Source: an uncultured delta proteobacterium (GTDB taxonomy: Bacteria; Desulfobacterota; Binatia; UBA9968). Taken from it: a DNA stretch of 64,000 nucleotides. This document shows positions 61,364-64,000 of this stretch, one piece after another; within the stretch, counting starts at the first letter, position 1, and the number at the start of each line of letters is the position of its first letter. The DNA lies in contig CAWJBB010000041.1 in the NCBI GenBank assembly GCA_963840855.1, forward strand, positions 64,001 through 128,000. The letters are read 5' to 3'. A program made the position numbers and the translations under genes. Below the pieces are notes generated by a model, which was given only the letters and a program-made list of their open reading frames with translations, had not been told where the DNA came from and did not search any database.

Positions 61364-61657
61364 ATGGACAAACTGACAGCGGAAGAGCGCCAGGAAATGT
61401 TACACCTCAAGAGATTTTTATCAAAAAATCCGTACGGCGGTCTTCTATCCGATGAACAGGTCTTGGCAATAATCCGCGATGCGGATGAACTGGTCAAAAT
61501 TCCTAGCTTCGTTGATGAAGGATTGCGCAAGGAAAAAGCACAATCACGGTCGGATCGCGAAAGGCTGAAACATCTATTGACACAAGGGAGGATGACAACT
61601 GAAGAATGGGGAGAGATGGCCGAACTCCTCGATCAGCGTTACCCGAAAGGATCCTAA
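61364..61657 (+). CDS. hypothetical protein
   Basis: 97-aa helical ORF in a lower-GC insert. Confidence 0.6.
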   Translation: MDKLTAEERQEMLHLKRFLSKNPYGGLLSDEQVLAIIRDADELVKIPSFVDEGLRKEKAQSRSDRERLKHLLTQGRMTTEEWGEMAELLDQRYPKGS

Positions 61658-61685
61658 GCAAAGCACAAAGTAGACTGAAATTATG

Positions 61686-63065
61686 CGATCATCGCGTCTT
61701 TGTGTGGGTGATTTCAGGTCATTTTAGAGGGCAGACAGCATGCACGTGAGAATCTTCAGTCGCAGATATTCTTCATCGCGCAGGCCGTACGCGCGTCGTT
61801 GGATGACGCGGATCTTGTTGTTCAGTCCCTCCACGAAGCCAAGTGCGACCTTGTTCTCTGGCTTGCAATAAGCTGCAATCCCATCCCAATGACGATCAAT
61901 CATCTGAGCGAATTTCTCATAAGGTTTGAGCCGCTGCCATTTCAGAGAAGCGCGCCAGTTCTCGAAGAAGCGTCGCGCCCAGCCCTCGTGCTCGTAGCTC
62001 CACAGCTGACCGAAAGACTCCCGAAGCAGATAAGCGGTGTTGAGCCGCTTGTTAGCCGCGAGCAAGGTCTTGAGCGCTTGGCGTCCTTCCAAGGTCAGGT
62101 TCTCCCGGCGCGAAAGCAGGTTGTATTTCTGCCCTTTGATGTAGCGGCGCTGTTTACCAGTGAGCCGGGCATACTCGCTCTTTCGGACCTTGTCCAGCGC
62201 TTCACCCAGATGACGCAGCACATGGAACTTATCGAACAAAATGGCTGCTTGAGGGGCGTGGGCTTGAGTGGCGTTGCGAAATGGCTTCCACATGTCCATC
62301 ACCGCCAAGCGAATACGGCGCCGCTTGCTCGCTCCAAGCCAGTTATAAAATTCACCCATACTGGCCTCCGAGCGGTCCTGGCCACCAAACCAGATCGGCC
62401 GGCGACGAATGAGATCGCTGACCACGATGCGGTAGGTGTGCCGCTTTCTGATCGAGATTTCATCAATGCCAATCACCTTCGGTCCCGGCCTGCCCGCCTT
62501 TGCGAGCTGCGCAGTCATGTATTGTTTGTCGAGCTCCTTGACCGCGTGCCAGTCGAGCTTGAGCTCCTCGGCGATATCCTTGATCGTGGTAGAGCGACAG
62601 CGCCGCCCCACGTAATAGGCAAAGCGCTTGGTGTAAAACGGGTTGTCGGCCAAAAACTCCAACCGCTCGCGCTTCACTTTGCCGCAACTGCGGCACTCGA
62701 CACGGCGCACTTCGAAATTGAGATAAATGCGCATGTCGCCGCACGACAGATCGCGAACCTGCCGCCTGGTGCGGTCGTAGACAGCTCCAGTGAAGGGTGG
62801 CGCACAAACCGCAAAGCGTTTTTTTGAGCGTCGGGTAAGTGTAATGACACGCGCCTTGGGGTCACCGAAGACACCACGAAGACGAGTCCGGGGACAACAA
62901 CCCGGGAAACGATATGCGTCCAGCAAACCTTTGCGTTTGGTAGAAGTGGCCATCGAGAAATCATGCCAACTTTTCGCTCCACTTCAAACTCTGCAAAGCC
63001 AGTACTGGTGCGACTTTCAACCATGCTCAGCATCAAAAAACGCCCATACTCTTATGCGAAGATCG
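61686..63065 (-). mobile_element. ISL3-family insertion sequence, 1380 bp
   Basis: Imperfect TIRs CGATCATCGC..GTGTGGGTG / CGATCTTCGC..GTATGGGCG; 8-bp TSD AAATTATG at 61678-61685 and 63066-63073. Confidence 0.92.
61724..62953 (-). CDS. ISL3 family transposase
   Basis: IGIDE, MDMW, FDKFH, EGLNNKI..IQRRAYG. Confidence 0.95.
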   Translation of the reverse strand: MATSTKRKGLLDAYRFPGCCPRTRLRGVFGDPKARVITLTRRSKKRFAVCAPPFTGAVYDRTRRQVRDLSCGDMRIYLNFEVRRVECRSCGKVKRERLEFLADNPFYTKRFAYYVGRRCRSTTIKDIAEELKLDWHAVKELDKQYMTAQLAKAGRPGPKVIGIDEISIRKRHTYRIVVSDLIRRRPIWFGGQDRSEASMGEFYNWLGASKRRRIRLAVMDMWKPFRNATQAHAPQAAILFDKFHVLRHLGEALDKVRKSEYARLTGKQRRYIKGQKYNLLSRRENLTLEGRQALKTLLAANKRLNTAYLLRESFGQLWSYEHEGWARRFFENWRASLKWQRLKPYEKFAQMIDRHWDGIAAYCKPENKVALGFVEGLNNKIRVIQRRAYGLRDEEYLRLKILTCMLSAL

Positions 63066-63070
63066 AAATT

Positions 63071-63271
63071 ATGAAGCACCATTATAAAAAGTACGAGATA
63101 GAAACTTCAGCAAGGCAGCAGTCGAATAGCTGGTGGACAGGGAAAGCGGACATCAAGCCTTCGGTTGCTCGTGTCCGTGCCGTTCAAGTTATTGGGGACT
63201 TTATGAGCCAAATTAGTGCCGAGACTGCGGCGTTCGATCTAGCCAAGCACCAGATTGATAATGCACATTAA
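63071..63271 (+). CDS. hypothetical protein (66 aa), ATG inside the IS target duplication
   Basis: MKHHYKKYEIETSARQ...AETAAFDLAKHQIDNAH. Confidence 0.6.
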   Translation: MKHHYKKYEIETSARQQSNSWWTGKADIKPSVARVRAVQVIGDFMSQISAETAAFDLAKHQIDNAH

Positions 63272-63304
63272 GGCGAGCGCGAAGGTGGTGCGTGTGATTG
63301 CTGG

Positions 63305-63333
63305 TTGAAAAAGTTCCCGCCGTAAGTTTTAAT
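63305..63333 (+). promoter_or_regulatory. sigma70 promoter of tRNA-Ser
   Basis: TTGAAA-N17-TTTAAT ending 38 bp before the tRNA. Confidence 0.7.
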
Positions 63334-63371
63334 GCTCCTGTCCTGCCGAAGTCGTTGAAATCAAACATTGC

Positions 63372-63459
63372 GGAGGGGTGGGAGAGCGGTTTAATCCACC
63401 GGTCTTGAAAACCGGCGTCCATTCGTGGACCGCGAGTTCAAATCTCGCCCACCTCGCCA
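63372..63459 (+). tRNA. tRNA-Ser(TGA), acceptor stem with two mismatches
   Basis: D arm GGA/TCC, anticodon arm CCGGT-CTTGAAA-ACCGG, long variable arm GTCCA/TGGAC, T arm GCGAG-TTCAAAT-CTCGC, G73-CCA. Confidence 0.85.
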
Positions 63460-63574
63460 ACACACAAAGGTCAGGAAAAAATAAATCCGTCGAGGATCTA
63501 GGCAAAGAATGAGCCGGACAGGTTCGTACCGATGCCGACCACCCAACCACTGCCTTCGGCTTGAAGGTCAAGTT

Positions 63575-63631
63575 GTTTAACGCCAAGCTCGGCGTGTGTG
63601 GCGAGCGTCGGGCTCGAGCGCAAAGTTAAGC
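63575..63631 (-). mobile_element. integron attC site
   Basis: Minus strand: GCTTAAC (R'', contains the gene stop) ... GCTCGAGC / GCCGAGC (L boxes with one extra base) ... GTTAAAC (R'); 57 bp. Confidence 0.75.
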
Positions 63632-63811
63632 GGCTGACTGGTCAGTAGGTTCGGCGGTTTTCTCTGTCTTAATCAGCCGGTCCTGGTGCTGTTTCTGGAT
63701 CTCTATGTAGTAGGCCACTAACCGTGCAGGATCGTGATCAAAGCGCGCAGAGATGCGATGGCGCACTTCCCGGATCTCGTCGATTACTGGATCACTCTGA
63801 CTCTGTTTCAT
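63626..63811 (-). CDS. putative antitoxin partner of PIN toxin
   Basis: DPVIDEIREVRHRIS small protein overlapping the toxin stop. Confidence 0.65.
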   Translation of the reverse strand: MKQSQSDPVIDEIREVRHRISARFDHDPARLVAYYIEIQKQHQDRLIKTEKTAEPTDQSAA

Positions 63812-64000
63812 CACTACCTCCAAGCAGTTCCAAGGGCGTCACCAGCGCCGGCACAAAGAGACCAAGCAACACGTTCACGCGGTGAATGTGGCCGAATTTG
63901 TTCGCATTTGCCAAGTGCCGGCAATTCCATGTCACCAGAAAGTCGCATTTGTGATAGGACGCCAGCGCCAAGTGCAGCGCATCACCAGCGGGATTGGCAG
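63792..64000 (-). CDS. PIN/VapC-family toxin, C-terminal part (runs off the right edge)
   Basis: GDALHLALASYHKCDFLVTWNCRHLAN...VTPLEL. Confidence 0.85.
   Translation of the reverse strand, partial: ANPAGDALHLALASYHKCDFLVTWNCRHLANANKFGHIHRVNVLLGLFVPALVTPLELLGGSDETESE

Noticed and set aside
61799-62827. 342-aa plus-strand ORF in the IS
   Set aside because: Antisense shadow of the transposase
63372-63459. tRNA as tRNA-Sec (minus strand reads TTCAA)
   Set aside because: The cloverleaf, T loop and CCA form only on the plus strand, with anticodon TGA (Ser)
1-64000. Alternative genetic code (TGA as Trp/Gly)
   Set aside because: Conserved genes such as hemA, rpoZ, trmL and dtd end at TGA at the expected length

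Overview
64 kb of GC-rich bacterial chromosome. The gene content (many orphan ABC/TctC binding proteins, amidohydrolases, UbiD, Cox-type subunits) resembles Candidatus Binatota/deltaproteobacterial soil MAGs; this is an inference only. Core loci are ccsA-hemA-hemC-hemD-hemB, rpoZ-rpoH, dtd-trmL, lgt, aroE and prkA-yeaH-spoVR. Findings missing from the ORF track: (1) selenocysteine recoding, comprising a 73-codon microprotein with two in-frame TGAs (G-U-R-S-N-U-G) followed by a strong SECIS-like hairpin (2560-2781), an exported peroxiredoxin with TGA at its peroxidatic position plus a SECIS-like hairpin that is probably co-transcribed with cytochrome c' (13186-13732), and a weaker M-A-U candidate (18549-18767); (2) about 12 intergenic periodic tandem-repeat elements with 7-, 8- or 9-nt units, most with inverted arms; (3) a tRNA-Ser(TGA) hotspot with a duplicated promoter plus tRNA 5' end, a complete ISL3 with 8-bp target duplication, and an attC-terminated PIN toxin-antitoxin cassette. 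About 8 single-base frameshifts suggest an indel-prone assembly. All calls were made by eye; no searches were run.
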